NCBI GenBank assembly: GCA_029216045.1 | Contig: JAEMVE010000164.1 | Span: forward strand, 1 to 59,286 | Length of the DNA: 59,286 bases | Source of the DNA: Sulfurimonas sp. MAG313 | GTDB lineage: Bacteria; Campylobacterota; Campylobacteria; Campylobacterales; Sulfurimonadaceae | Reading direction: 5' to 3' | Shown: piece after piece, positions 36,181-47,390 of the stretch | Layout: the number at the start of each line of letters is the position of its first letter | Numbering within the stretch: the first letter of the stretch is position 1 | The notes under the pieces: generated by a model | The model's database searches: none | The model's input: the letters and a program-made list of their open reading frames with translations, nothing else | Told to the model about the DNA's origin: nothing | Position numbers and translations under genes: made by a program

Positions 36181-37498
36181 CGTATCTTTTTTCAGTTGTT
36201 ATTTTAACCGTAATCTTATTTTTATAAATACTTGTATTAGCTTCTTCTTCAAAGTCTAATAATACACCACGGTCTTTTGCAACAAACTCTGCATTAACAT
36301 AGTTAATATTATCACCAAGGGACTCCGTTAAAGCGCCAACCGTTACAAAGGTCATTAATGATTTAAGATAAGCAGCAATATCACCTTGCGCAGAAATTTT
36401 AATTGACTTAATAGGAGACTTGTTTATTTGTGCGGCTAAAAAAGCTGTCTTTTGGGAAAGCTCTAAAAATGGCTTAACAAAGGCAGGAATTTTATTTTCA
36501 TCTATAGGAAGATTAAAAGCATTTTTAAATTCTATTCCCTTTGCTGCATTAAGTGCTTGAGCAGCAGCTTGAGTACCTATGTTATATTGAGATTCAAAGG
36601 TATTAGCACCTAGATGAGGAGAAACTACAATGTTATCAAGGTCTAAAAGAGGATGATTGATAGCAGGTTCTTTATTAAATACATCAATACCTGCAAAACG
36701 AATCTTTCCAGACTTTAAGTTATTAAAAAGTGCTTCTTCATTATAAAGACCACCACGAGCACAGTTAATTAAAACCACACCGTCTTTCATCTTAGCCATT
36801 TCGGCCTCATCTAACATATTTAATGTTTCTTGATTTTTAGGTGTATGTATAGTGATAATATCACAGCTCAAGATATCATCAAAATTAGTTGTATATTCCA
36901 TACCTAGGTCTGTGGCCTTAGAAGAAGAAATATACGGATCATATGCAAGAATATCCATTTCAAATGCTTTTGCACGAATAGCTACACGTGAGCCAATGTT
37001 ACCAAAACCAATAACACCAAGTTTCTTACCTTTCATCTCATATCCGTACCATTTTTCACGTTTCCAGATTCTTTGATTTTTAAGATGATCATGTGAATAT
37101 GGAAACATTCTCATACATGAAAGCATATGTGTCATAGTTAATTCAACCGCAGCAATAGTATTAGCTGTAGGCACATTCATAACAATGATACCTTCTTTTG
37201 AACATCCTTCTATATCGACATTATCAACACCAACACCAGCGCGAATAACAGCTTTAAGGTTTTTAGCGGCAGATATAAACTTATCATCAACATCTGTTGA
37301 CGAACGTGTGATAGCAATGTCTGCTGTTGCAATAACATCTAGTAAGGCTACTTTATCAATATCCGCAGCAAAAATGTACTCAATTTGGTCGTCATTTTTA
37401 AGCATATCAAGACCCGCTTGATGGATGTGGTCACAGACTACTACTTTTGGCTTTCGGGAAACATCAGTTGCACTGACCGCCTCGGCTTGTTTTGACAT
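36152..37498 (-). CDS. serA: D-3-phosphoglycerate dehydrogenase, N-terminal 448-aa portion (substrate-binding, NAD-binding and intervening domains).
   Basis: GVIGFGNIGSRVA (NAD fold), NCARGGL and SPHLGANT. The frame ends 13 codons after the A6 run. Removing one A restores ...TTEK-DTVSICSTIFAED. Confidence 0.85.
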   Translation of the reverse strand: MSKQAEAVSATDVSRKPKVVVCDHIHQAGLDMLKNDDQIEYIFAADIDKVALLDVIATADIAITRSSTDVDDKFISAAKNLKAVIRAGVGVDNVDIEGCSKEGIIVMNVPTANTIAAVELTMTHMLSCMRMFPYSHDHLKNQRIWKREKWYGYEMKGKKLGVIGFGNIGSRVAIRAKAFEMDILAYDPYISSSKATDLGMEYTTNFDDILSCDIITIHTPKNQETLNMLDEAEMAKMKDGVVLINCARGGLYNEEALFNNLKSGKIRFAGIDVFNKEPAINHPLLDLDNIVVSPHLGANTFESQYNIGTQAAAQALNAAKGIEFKNAFNLPIDENKIPAFVKPFLELSQKTAFLAAQINKSPIKSIKISAQGDIAAYLKSLMTFVTVGALTESLGDNINYVNAEFVAKDRGVLLDFEEEANTSIYKNKITVKITTEKRYGVYLFNYFC

Positions 37499-37549
37499 AA
37501 TAATTTTCCTTTTAAAATAATAATTAAAAAACTCTTCTGAGTACTTTAA

Positions 37550-38032
37550 TTATCTGATAATCTTTTTTATTCTTGCATTTATAGCATAATTTTTTAATGT
37601 TTTTACTATATTTTTTAATTGACTTATATCTTCAGAGTATATAATCAATTTCATATCTTCTTTTTTTTGTTCAAACAAATATTTGACTTTATATTGTTTC
37701 AAAACTTCTTTTAAACAAAAAAGTTGATACGAATCTAAATCACCCGCTTTTAACTGATATATCATTGTTTTTTTAGGAGGATCTTTAAGATCAACTTCCA
37801 CATAGATTTCAGAAACGGGATAAAAGTAGCCTTCATCCTCATGTTCAGAAAAACGTTCTATCCATTTTTCTTTACTGGGGATAGGGAGAAGGTCTTTAGC
37901 TTGAGGGATATCTGCCTTATCAGCATATATGCTTGCATCATTTTGATTAACTTGAACCAAAAAAAGAATCAAAAAGAAGGCTACTCCAACAAATATTGCT
38001 GGAAAAAGCCATTTTGCAAGTATGGTATGCAT
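37550..38032 (-). CDS. Hypothetical membrane-anchored protein.
   Basis: 160 aa with N-terminal helix WLFPAIFVGVAFFLILFLV. It occupies the slot between rpsA and serA that, as I recall, holds a small periplasmic protein gene in Campylobacter jejuni. Confidence 0.55.
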   Translation of the reverse strand: MHTILAKWLFPAIFVGVAFFLILFLVQVNQNDASIYADKADIPQAKDLLPIPSKEKWIERFSEHEDEGYFYPVSEIYVEVDLKDPPKKTMIYQLKAGDLDSYQLFCLKEVLKQYKVKYLFEQKKEDMKLIIYSEDISQLKNIVKTLKNYAINARIKKIIR

Positions 38033-38038
38033 ATAGAC

Positions 38039-39697
38039 TTACTTAAGTTTATCTTTAATAAGATCACCTAAAGAGTTACCTTCGTCATTTTGAGCATTAT
38101 GTTCTGCTAAAATAACTTGGTCTTGTAAACGTTGAAGCTTCTTAACAGATAAACGGATACGATCACGTTTAACATCAATTACAGCTATCGCCGCTTCAAT
38201 CTCATCACCAGGATTAAGTTCTTCAGCTATTAAAGGCTCAAGATCTTCATTACGAATAAGTGCGTCCATGTCCCCTTCAAGTGAAACAAATACACCGAAG
38301 TCTTTAACATCACGAACCTTACCTTTAACAATATCATTTACCTTGTTCTCTTTAGCAAATTTATCTACTGGAGACTCAAGAAGTGCTTTACGATTAAGAG
38401 AGATTTTCTCTTCTTCACGGTTGATTTTAACGATTTTAACTTCAACCTCGTCACCTACAGAATAAATTTCTTTTGCTTTTGAGCTTTTATCCCAAGTACA
38501 ATCTTGATTATGTAAAAGACCTTCAACTGTTCCAACACGTACAAACGCACCAAAGTCAGTTAAAGTAGTTACCGTACCTGTAATGATATCGCCTTCTTTA
38601 GAGACCTTGATAAACTCATCAAATGGCTTAGGAAGAAGTGTCTTAAGAGAAACACGTAACTTATGTTTTTGAGGATCAATTTCGATAACTTCAACATCAA
38701 TTTCAGCACCTACTTCTAGGTAATCTTTTGGTGACTTAATGTTCTTGTCCCAAGTAATCTCAGACACATGTAAGAAACCTTCAATATCATTACCAAGATC
38801 TACGAATACACCATATGGTTCAACATTAGAAACCGTAACAGTAATCGTATCGCCTTCATCTAATTCAGACTCAACTTCTTCCCATGGATCAGACATAACA
38901 GCCTTGATAGAAAGAGAAAGGTGACGCTTGTCTTTATCATAAGAAATTGCCTTACATTCAACAACATCGCCTTCTTTGTAGTACTTAGAAGGATTAACAG
39001 GACCCTTATAAGAGATCTCATTATAATGAACAAGACCATCAACACCACCAACGTCTACGAACATACCGTAAGAAGTAATTTTCTTAATAGTACCTTCAAC
39101 AACAACGTCTTCTTCCATAAGCGCGTCAATAATTAATTTACGCTTTTTACGGTCTTCGTTCAGAAGTTTACGACGAGAAAGAACGATTGAAGATTCAGCT
39201 TCATCAATCTTAATAACGGCTGCTTTAACCTTACGTCCGATAACATTGTCATCATCTTTAAGTGCTGCAAGAGACTTAGGCATAAAGAAAGCCACACCAT
39301 CTAACTCAAGAATATAACCACCACGGTTCTTCTTAGTTACAGTAGGCTCTACAATTAAGTCTTCATAATCATCTTTATGTGCAGTAATAAACTCAAGAGT
39401 TTTTAATTGCTCTAAAACTTTCTTGTGAGAAATACGTGGACGTTCATTACGAAAGCCTGTAATCATTACTTTAATGCTGTCATTAACTTTATATGTTAAT
39501 TCACCTGATTCATCTTGAATCTCGTTTAGGTATAAAATACCTTCTAGTTTTTCACCCACATCTACGAGTGCTTTGTCTTCTTGGATCTCTACGATGATAC
39601 CATCAGCTACACGATTTGATTCTTCAGATCGTTTTTCTGATGCTTCAAACATCGCCGCAAAGTTTTCTTCTTCCATTGGTTCGAGCTCTTGAGCCAT
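38039..39697 (-). CDS. rpsA: 30S ribosomal protein S1.
   Basis: 552 aa with six S1 repeats (G.V....fG.FV.l..veGl.H.se pattern repeated). Confidence 0.9.
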   Translation of the reverse strand: MAQELEPMEEENFAAMFEASEKRSEESNRVADGIIVEIQEDKALVDVGEKLEGILYLNEIQDESGELTYKVNDSIKVMITGFRNERPRISHKKVLEQLKTLEFITAHKDDYEDLIVEPTVTKKNRGGYILELDGVAFFMPKSLAALKDDDNVIGRKVKAAVIKIDEAESSIVLSRRKLLNEDRKKRKLIIDALMEEDVVVEGTIKKITSYGMFVDVGGVDGLVHYNEISYKGPVNPSKYYKEGDVVECKAISYDKDKRHLSLSIKAVMSDPWEEVESELDEGDTITVTVSNVEPYGVFVDLGNDIEGFLHVSEITWDKNIKSPKDYLEVGAEIDVEVIEIDPQKHKLRVSLKTLLPKPFDEFIKVSKEGDIITGTVTTLTDFGAFVRVGTVEGLLHNQDCTWDKSSKAKEIYSVGDEVEVKIVKINREEEKISLNRKALLESPVDKFAKENKVNDIVKGKVRDVKDFGVFVSLEGDMDALIRNEDLEPLIAEELNPGDEIEAAIAVIDVKRDRIRLSVKKLQRLQDQVILAEHNAQNDEGNSLGDLIKDKLK

Positions 39698-39912
39698 ACA
39701 AATATCCCTTGTTTACGGACAGTCTTTAAGACCGCCTCAAATAAAAATTTGCAAATTATAGCCCATATTTCCTTTCATAATCTTTATAATTGGTATAAAT
39801 TATAAATCTTATAAGTTAACTCAGATTATCTTCTTAATTTAATCTTCTAAGCTTAAATTATAGTTTTGATTGCTAGAATAAATAAAATAATTTTTAACAT
39901 AAAGTAGCAGCT

Positions 39913-41019
39913 ATGTATACTATAAAAGACTTACATAAATATTCTAAAAACCTCAATATACTTTATGTTGAAGACGATAAAGACCTAAGAGAAGAAACCA
40001 CTACCTTATTTAAAATGTTATTCAAAGAGATAGATACCGCCGAAGATGGCCAAATTGGCTTAGACAAATACAATAACAATTTTTATGACCTTATTATTTC
40101 TGATGTAAACATGCCTAATATGAATGGTATAGAAATGTGTAAAAAAATCAAAGAAATCAATCCTGAACAAAAGATTTCTATAGTCTCCGCGCATGATGAA
40201 TCTTCTATTCTTATGGACTTAATCAAGGCCGGGGCTAATGGATTTATACTTAAGCCTATGCATATGGATGATCTTATTGTAGCCTTATACCCTGTTTGTA
40301 GAGATGCGTATACTCAAATCATAAACATCGAATTGGTCAATGAACTTAACGAAAAAAACGAACAATTAGAGCTTCAAAATAAACAATTACGTACCTCAGG
40401 TAATGTGATAGAAACCAAGCATCAGCAACTAGGTGAACTTATACAAGAGAAAAAGAAAATTGAAAATTCCCATGAAGTAGATATTGTGGTCACGCAATCA
40501 CATCCTGACTCCGTAGATAAAGATGTATTAAATAAATATTTTGAAGAAGATACTGATGAAGGTATTGAAAACATCCTTTTCCTCCCCGACCATTGTGCTG
40601 ACTTAAGTGAAATTTTTACTGAAATTCCTCAAATAATTTCTGCTTACGCCGAAGATCCTACTGCTAATGAAGTCCACAAAATTTCTGGTTTGATTTCAAA
40701 GGCAGCTTCCGTTCTTATTTATTATTCACCCTATTTAGATTTATTATCTACAAGTTTCACCGAACTCTCTGTAACCTTAGAAAATAATCTTGATATTTTC
40801 ATTGAAATAATGACCATAGATACACAATCCGTTCTTATGTTATTTGACGCAGTGAGTGCGGATATGGAAAGGTATGTAGACAGGTTTTCAGTTGAGTCAC
40901 TTGCCATGAAAAATATTCATCATATACATGAACCAACGGCCTTAAGTATTCAGCAGATTATCACACTCATTGTGCCCCCTCCAATGGAAGAAGGAACGGA
41001 TGATATTTTTGACTTTTAA
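39913..41019 (+). CDS. Response regulator: receiver domain plus a ~240-aa uncharacterised C-terminal domain.
   Basis: NILYVEDDKDL ... DLIISDVNMPNMNGIE ... ILKPM is a REC domain. The C-terminal region is acidic and helical with no recognised output domain. Confidence 0.75.
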   Translation: MYTIKDLHKYSKNLNILYVEDDKDLREETTTLFKMLFKEIDTAEDGQIGLDKYNNNFYDLIISDVNMPNMNGIEMCKKIKEINPEQKISIVSAHDESSILMDLIKAGANGFILKPMHMDDLIVALYPVCRDAYTQIINIELVNELNEKNEQLELQNKQLRTSGNVIETKHQQLGELIQEKKKIENSHEVDIVVTQSHPDSVDKDVLNKYFEEDTDEGIENILFLPDHCADLSEIFTEIPQIISAYAEDPTANEVHKISGLISKAASVLIYYSPYLDLLSTSFTELSVTLENNLDIFIEIMTIDTQSVLMLFDAVSADMERYVDRFSVESLAMKNIHHIHEPTALSIQQIITLIVPPPMEEGTDDIFDF

Positions 41020-41843
41020 GAAAGTTCTTTAATCTTTGCTGTCACTTGTTTAATTATCCAATCAGGTGTTGAAGCACCTGCACTGACACCACAATCTTTC
41101 TTATTTAAAAACCAAGCAGAATCTAAATCATCAGGGCCTTCAACTAAATATGAATCTTTGCAATTATCCTTAGAAATAGAATGAAGTTCTTTAGTGTTTG
41201 AAGAATTTTTTCCACCAATAACCACCATCACATCCGACTCATTTGCCAAGGCTTTAACCGCGTCTTGATTATCAAAGGTTGCATTACAGATGGTATTAAA
41301 CACACGTACTTCTTTATGAGAACGCATTAAGTGATTACACACCTTCATAAACTCATCCACCTTACGTGTTGTTTGAGCAACCACTGCGATTTTTTCATAA
41401 AAGAACTTACCTTCAAGTTCTTCTACCGATTCAACCACCGTTACACCTTTTTTTGCGTACGACATTACACCTTTAATTTCGGGGTGATTAACATCTCCAA
41501 AAATAACAATATCATAACCTTCATTACTCATCTCTTCACAAATTTGTTGAGGCTTGGTTACATAAGGACAGGTCGCGTCAATAACATCTATCTTTTTTTC
41601 ATGAAGTAAGGCTAACTCATCTTTAGGAATTCCATGGGTACGGATAACCGCCTTATCGCCTTCTTTAAAGGTAGAAATATCTTCTACTAAAGATACTTGA
41701 AAATCTTCTTGAAGTCTATTTATCTCTTTTCCATTGTGAATAAGAGGACCATACGTAGATGAACCAATATTTTCTTCAGCAATTTTAATAGCGCGTTTTA
41801 CACCAAAACAAAATCCATAATTTTCAGCTAATTTAACATTCAT
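41016..41843 (-). CDS. ispH: 4-hydroxy-3-methylbut-2-enyl diphosphate reductase.
   Basis: GFCFGVKRAI, ATCPYVTKPQ, ICNATF and SSNT motifs. 275 aa. Confidence 0.9.
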   Translation of the reverse strand: MNVKLAENYGFCFGVKRAIKIAEENIGSSTYGPLIHNGKEINRLQEDFQVSLVEDISTFKEGDKAVIRTHGIPKDELALLHEKKIDVIDATCPYVTKPQQICEEMSNEGYDIVIFGDVNHPEIKGVMSYAKKGVTVVESVEELEGKFFYEKIAVVAQTTRKVDEFMKVCNHLMRSHKEVRVFNTICNATFDNQDAVKALANESDVMVVIGGKNSSNTKELHSISKDNCKDSYLVEGPDDLDSAWFLNKKDCGVSAGASTPDWIIKQVTAKIKELS

Positions 41844-41851
41844 ATTTAATC

Positions 41852-43135
41852 CTAAATTTGTACTTTTGTTATCTCTTTTAAAATATCAAAAAAGTTTGGA
41901 AATGAAGTTTGAATACACTCAATATCTTCTATTTTCATTCCACATTTAAGTCCACCAATTGCAAAACTCATAGCAATTCTGTGATCTCCAAAGGAGTTAA
42001 TAAGAGCAGGTTGCAAAGTTCCCCCTGTTACCGTATATCCATCTTCATATTCAGTCGTTTTAATATCACAGTTTTTTAAATTGTCTACTACCGTTGAAAT
42101 TCTATCACTTTCTTTTACACGAAGTTCATGTGCATTTTTAACAACAGATGTGCCTTCAGCACACGCCATAGCAATACAAAGAGCAGGAAGTTCATCTATC
42201 AACCATGAAATATTATCTTCTATAGTAATCGCTTTTAAAGGGGCGTACGTAACTGTAATATTTCCAATGGGTTCATACTTTTCATCTTTAAGTTCATAAG
42301 AAATTAGTGTGCCCATTTTTTCAAGTGCTTTAAATGCTTCTATACGTGTTTCATTAAAGGTAACCCCTTCAATAACAACTTGAGACCCCGGAGTTATAGC
42401 TGCTGCGACTGCAAAGAAAAAAGCAGACGAAGGATCCGAAGGAACACGAATAATTAATGGTTCTAAAAGACCTTTTAAAGGTTGTATCTTCGTCACTAAG
42501 CCATCAACTTCAAGCTTTGCGCCCATCCCCTTTAACATTCTTTCGGTATGGTCTCTTGAGAGTTCAGGCTCTTCGTAAGAGCATTCACCATCAGCTGAAA
42601 GGGCCGCTAAAATCATAGCTGACTTTACTTGAGCAGAGGCAATTTTAGACTTATAGTTAAAGGCTTTAAGCGAGCCTCCTCTAATACTAAGAGGTGCTAA
42701 ATCGCCCTCAGACCTTCCATCTAAAAAAGCGCCTATATCCTTTAAAGGAGTTGTCACTCTTTTCATAGGACGACGTTTAAGGTATTCATCACCCGTTAAT
42801 ATAAAATGCCCTTTTGCTGAGGCTAAAAGTCCACAAAACAGACGCATTCCTGTACCTGAGTTTCCACAATCTAAGATATCAAAAGGTTCTTGGATTCCAT
42901 TAGAACGTATTTTAATAATGTGTCCATCATCTTCAATTTCTGCGCCTAAGTCTTTTACAATTTGAAGCGTATTCATAGTGTCTTCTGCTCGTAAGAAGTT
43001 TTCAATCACCGATTCACCCTTGGCTAATAAAGAAAACATTGCGCTACGATGAGAAATAGACTTATCAGGAGCGATACTATCGCATCTTAGAGTAAATCCT
43101 TGTGTAATACTATAAACCGTGGCTGTGCTTATCAT
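41852..43135 (-). CDS. aroA: 3-phosphoshikimate 1-carboxyvinyltransferase (EPSP synthase).
   Basis: [41 protein letters not shown] and [10 protein letters not shown]. Confidence 0.9.
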   Translation of the reverse strand: MISTATVYSITQGFTLRCDSIAPDKSISHRSAMFSLLAKGESVIENFLRAEDTMNTLQIVKDLGAEIEDDGHIIKIRSNGIQEPFDILDCGNSGTGMRLFCGLLASAKGHFILTGDEYLKRRPMKRVTTPLKDIGAFLDGRSEGDLAPLSIRGGSLKAFNYKSKIASAQVKSAMILAALSADGECSYEEPELSRDHTERMLKGMGAKLEVDGLVTKIQPLKGLLEPLIIRVPSDPSSAFFFAVAAAITPGSQVVIEGVTFNETRIEAFKALEKMGTLISYELKDEKYEPIGNITVTYAPLKAITIEDNISWLIDELPALCIAMACAEGTSVVKNAHELRVKESDRISTVVDNLKNCDIKTTEYEDGYTVTGGTLQPALINSFGDHRIAMSFAIGGLKCGMKIEDIECIQTSFPNFFDILKEITKVQI

Positions 43136-45462
43136 CGCAATGCAATCGCGAGTTTTTCATTTAAGGCCGAAAGGATTGCGTCCATACTTGAAGTAATATC
43201 TTCTTCTTCAAGAGTTTTATCTTGGGATTGAAGCATAAAACGAAGTGTTAAACTCATAGTATCTCCAAGTTCCTCACTTTCATAAGTATCAACAGGATAA
43301 AAACGAATAACCTCAGCACTTTGAGATTCACTTATTACAGATCTAAGTTCCGAGTATCTGAGGGACTTAGGAATAACAAGAGATAAGTCTCTGTAAGAAG
43401 CTTGAAATTTTGAATAGGCATCAAAGGTTTCTAGGCTATAGGCTAAGCTATCGAAAGATATCTCACAAAGATAAGTGTCTTCTAAATCATATTCTTTTGC
43501 AATACTAGGGTGTAATTTAAAAAGCGTACCTAAGACCTTATTATTAACAAAAATTTCTGCTGATTGATAAGGATGTGCAAGGCTGTGTGTAATGTCTATA
43601 GGACGAAGTTCAAAGTCCCCAATAACATTAGAAACCGTCTGTACAAACTTTTCAAATCCAATAGAAGTAGGTTTACCATGGTTTTCAATACTTTCCGATG
43701 TTTCTTGACCAGAAAATATAAAGCCCATATGAATGCTTTCATGACGAAGCGCGTCAAAAACAGAACCCACTTCAAAAAGCTTAATCTGCTTACGACCTAC
43801 CTTAGCATTTAAACTAGCAGCTTCAAGTAAGCCAAGATTTAAGGTTGAACGTAGAGTATCAAGTGTTCCTGCAATTGGATTCACTAAGTCTAAGGCTTCT
43901 TCCACGACATCAAAACCAAATTTCTTAAGTTTAGCTCTTTCATTAAACACAAAATGAACCGTTTCAAAGAAGCCACATGAAGCAGCTTTTTGACGATAAA
44001 ATTTACGTTTAGCAAAAAATTCGCTTGCATCGTTTCCATGAGGTTGTTCTGTAAAAGAGTAAGGCTTAGAAGGAATATTATCAATTCCAATAAGGCGTAC
44101 TATTTCTTCTACAATATCTTGGGAATGAGATACATCATGTCTAAACTGAGGAACTCCCACAACAATTTTTCCAGCTTGAGACTTAAGCATAGTAAATCCA
44201 AGGTTTTTAAGAACTTGAGTTACATTTGTTTTTTCAACATCCATCCCAATAATATCATTAATCTCTTCTATACTCATATGCAACACTGTTTCTTCATACG
44301 AAGAATTTAATTCTAAACTACCACCATATATTTCTGTTTTAGCGTAGGTATTAAACAATTCTTGACAGTATTCCAAACCAAATTCCAGATTTGGCTCAGA
44401 CCCACGTGAAGTACGGTAAAACAAAGGACCATTCTCAATCTTCTTTTCAGCCATCTTACGTGAAATAGTATCAGGATGAATATACGAGGCCTCTAGAATT
44501 ACAATTTCATCTTCAGGTTGTACTCGTGATTCATCATATTGAATAATGCCAATAGTTGATATCTTAGTATTTCCTTTTGTAATTGAGTACCCATTTTCAT
44601 CTGTATCTAATGTGATTTGTGCTTTATCTTGAGAAAGAGGAAAGGCCGAATACCCATAAGCTCTTAAGATTACACCTGAAGAATACGTTGCGTAAAACAA
44701 AAGAGCATCCATAGCTGACTTGCATTCTTCTTCTATCATAGACAGTCTTAAACGTAAAAGGAGAGGAAGCTTAAAAGTGTTTTGCTTTACCGCCTTATAC
44801 ATCAAACTTACATCAGTCTTTTTAGGATGAATTAATTGTAAGATACGCCCTATTCCCACTTGTTTTTCTTCTGCTACAGATTTTTGACGTTCTTTTAACT
44901 CTATATCATACGCCGCTGAAAGGTCTCTTGCTACTCCATTTATACTTAAACAGTCTCCACGGTTAGCGGTTAGTTCAAGTTCAATAAGCTCATCATTAAA
45001 ATAAGGATTTTCACATAAGGCTTCACCTAGCTTGAGCGTACCGATACTCTCATCAAGAACCATAATCCCATCTTCCATCTGAGGAAGACCTAATTCAGTT
45101 GAAGAACAAATCATTCCAACAGATTCAACCCCTCTAAGTTCTACAGGCTTAATCTTAAGTCCACCTGGCATTTGTGCCCCAATAGTTGCTACTGCTACAT
45201 AGATATCTGCTCGAACATTAGACGCCCCACACACAATTTGACGCACTGCTGTACCGATATCTACCTGACAAACATTTAACTTGTCCGCATCAGGATGTTT
45301 TTCACAACTTACAACATGTCCAATAACAATTTTAGCAGGTACGTTATAGACTTCATGTCTGTCCACTTCAAGACCAATAGAATTAAAGGTTTTACAAAGT
45401 TCTTCTCCGCTTTTAGCCTCAATGTCTATCCACTCGTTTAACCAGCTTTTTGTAATTATCAT
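43132..45462 (-). CDS. pheT: Phenylalanine--tRNA ligase beta subunit.
   Basis: N-terminal tRNA-binding domain ([13 protein letters not shown]). 776 aa. It shares a single nucleotide with the end of pheS (both at 45462). Confidence 0.9.
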   Translation of the reverse strand: MIITKSWLNEWIDIEAKSGEELCKTFNSIGLEVDRHEVYNVPAKIVIGHVVSCEKHPDADKLNVCQVDIGTAVRQIVCGASNVRADIYVAVATIGAQMPGGLKIKPVELRGVESVGMICSSTELGLPQMEDGIMVLDESIGTLKLGEALCENPYFNDELIELELTANRGDCLSINGVARDLSAAYDIELKERQKSVAEEKQVGIGRILQLIHPKKTDVSLMYKAVKQNTFKLPLLLRLRLSMIEEECKSAMDALLFYATYSSGVILRAYGYSAFPLSQDKAQITLDTDENGYSITKGNTKISTIGIIQYDESRVQPEDEIVILEASYIHPDTISRKMAEKKIENGPLFYRTSRGSEPNLEFGLEYCQELFNTYAKTEIYGGSLELNSSYEETVLHMSIEEINDIIGMDVEKTNVTQVLKNLGFTMLKSQAGKIVVGVPQFRHDVSHSQDIVEEIVRLIGIDNIPSKPYSFTEQPHGNDASEFFAKRKFYRQKAASCGFFETVHFVFNERAKLKKFGFDVVEEALDLVNPIAGTLDTLRSTLNLGLLEAASLNAKVGRKQIKLFEVGSVFDALRHESIHMGFIFSGQETSESIENHGKPTSIGFEKFVQTVSNVIGDFELRPIDITHSLAHPYQSAEIFVNNKVLGTLFKLHPSIAKEYDLEDTYLCEISFDSLAYSLETFDAYSKFQASYRDLSLVIPKSLRYSELRSVISESQSAEVIRFYPVDTYESEELGDTMSLTLRFMLQSQDKTLEEEDITSSMDAILSALNEKLAIALR

Positions 45463-46451
45463 TAAAATTGCTCCAATAGTCTCATGTCACCCTCAAAAAG
45501 AGAACGTAAATCAGGGATTTGATGAATCAGCATTGCAAAACGCTCTATTCCTAAGCCAAAGGCATATCCACTCACATCTTTGTATCCAACCGCGTCAAAA
45601 ACATTCGGATCAACGATACCACAACCAAGGACTTCTAACCAACCTGTCTTAGAGCAGATTCTACATCCTTTACCTTCACAAAAGATACACGATATATCAA
45701 CTTCTGCTGAAGGTTCTGTGAATGGAAAAAATGAAGGACGAAAACGCACTTTTACGTCTCCAAACATATGATGTAAAAATCCCTCAAGAATAAACTTCAA
45801 GTTAGCAAAAGAAACCTTCCCTTTTTCATCTACAAGAAGTCCTTCAACCTGATGAAACATTGGTGTGTGCGTAATATCAAAATCACGTCTAAATACTGAA
45901 CCAGGAGCTATCATACGAATAGGAGGCTTTGTATGTAACATGGTTCTAATTTGAACAGGAGAGGTATGGGTACGCAACAGTGTTTCATCTTTAAAATAAA
46001 AAGTGTCTTGCATATCACGTGCAGGATGATATTTGGGAAGATTTAATGCTTCAAAGTTATGAAAATCATCTTCAACCATAGGTCCTGTTTCAACTGAAAA
46101 GTTAAGGTTAGAAAAATATTCAATTACTCTATCCATAGTATCCATTACAGGATGGGTTGCTCCACGCTCAGACTTAGGTGAGAATAAAGAAACATCTATA
46201 CCTTCGAGTTTCATAGCTTCTTGCAGTGCTGCTGTTTCAAGAACAATCTTTTTCTCATTCAAGAGCGCATTTAACTTAAATTTTTGCTCATTAAGTTCTT
46301 TAGCAATCTTAGCCTTGTCTTCATTCGCAGCATTTTTCATCTCAGCAAAGGCCTTAGCCAATACGCCTTTTTTTCCAAAAATACCAACACGAATCTCTTC
46401 TATAGCTGAAGTAGAATCCGCTTTTTCAATCTTTTCAATCCACTCGGTCAA
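45462..46451 (-). CDS. pheS: Phenylalanine--tRNA ligase alpha subunit.
   Basis: [39 protein letters not shown] and [12 protein letters not shown] class II motifs. Confidence 0.9.
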   Translation of the reverse strand: MTEWIEKIEKADSTSAIEEIRVGIFGKKGVLAKAFAEMKNAANEDKAKIAKELNEQKFKLNALLNEKKIVLETAALQEAMKLEGIDVSLFSPKSERGATHPVMDTMDRVIEYFSNLNFSVETGPMVEDDFHNFEALNLPKYHPARDMQDTFYFKDETLLRTHTSPVQIRTMLHTKPPIRMIAPGSVFRRDFDITHTPMFHQVEGLLVDEKGKVSFANLKFILEGFLHHMFGDVKVRFRPSFFPFTEPSAEVDISCIFCEGKGCRICSKTGWLEVLGCGIVDPNVFDAVGYKDVSGYAFGLGIERFAMLIHQIPDLRSLFEGDMRLLEQF

Positions 46452-46601
46452 AGTAGTTCCTTCGATAAGAGCTTAGTGCTCTTAATATATAATTTCGCGA
46501 TTATAGACAAATATCCATTACAAAGGGCTTTAATAGATTTTATTCCTTACTTTTTAATATTTAGGTTATAATTAATTTAAACTACCCTAAGAGGATAAAA
46601 C

Positions 46602-46958
46602 ATGTGTATATTTTGTAAAATTGTAAATGGAGAGCTTCCATCTAACTTAGTGAAAGAAGATGATAACTTCATGGCCTTTCATGATTTAAACCCAAAGGCA
46701 CCTGCTCATATCTTAGTTATCCCTAAACAACATGTTGACAGTTTTAATGAGGTGACACCTGAAACTATGGCTGCAATGACAAGCTTTATTCAAGAAGTAG
46801 CACACATTGTTGGGATTAAAGAGTCTGGATACAGAGTTATTACCAATGTAGGTGAAAATGGTGGTCAAGAGGTCAAGCATCTTCATTGGCATGTTTTGGG
46901 TGGGGCTAAATTAGCTTGGGGTCATTTTACAGACGCGCAATCGAGTAAATTTCTTTAA
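46602..46958 (+). CDS. HIT-family (HinT-like) nucleotide hydrolase.
   Basis: CIFCKIV ... HILVIPKQH ... HLHWHVLGG histidine triad. Confidence 0.85.
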   Translation: MCIFCKIVNGELPSNLVKEDDNFMAFHDLNPKAPAHILVIPKQHVDSFNEVTPETMAAMTSFIQEVAHIVGIKESGYRVITNVGENGGQEVKHLHWHVLGGAKLAWGHFTDAQSSKFL

Positions 46959-47390
46959 TATTTTAAAAATTTAGATGAAGAAAGACAATAGCTTGTCCAA
47001 AGAGATTTAAGGATTTTCACCCCATTGTCTTCTTTTAAAAGCGTCTCTTACTTCTGTGATAAAGAACACAGATATCAACACTATCATTACATAAAAAACA
47101 TAGATCACTTTCTCTCCCTTAAACCTATTTCTAAGTATAAGCGATATTACATTTAATTAGTAAAGATATTGTAAATTAATTAGTTTTTTTTAGCTAAAAA
47201 CTTGTTTTTTATTATAAAGATTATGAAAAAAAGATTAGGGCTAAAGCACAGGGAGGTTTTAACAGAGTCCTTCATGAAAATACACTTTAAGAATAGAATT
47301 TAAACCTCAAAAGTATTAAATTTATTTTACTAATTCAAGCTACTATTTTTATCTAAGAACTTAAAAAAAGAGAATGAATCTAACCGAAAG

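Noticed and set aside
38268-39136. Four short ORFs within rpsA (both strands).
   Set aside because: rpsA is unambiguous. These are shadow frames.
46467-46483. Hairpin AAGAGC-TTAGT-GCTCTT just upstream of the pheS start, considered as a leader or attenuator element.
   Set aside because: The stem is only 6 bp. There is no leader peptide with Phe codons and no T-box-like features.
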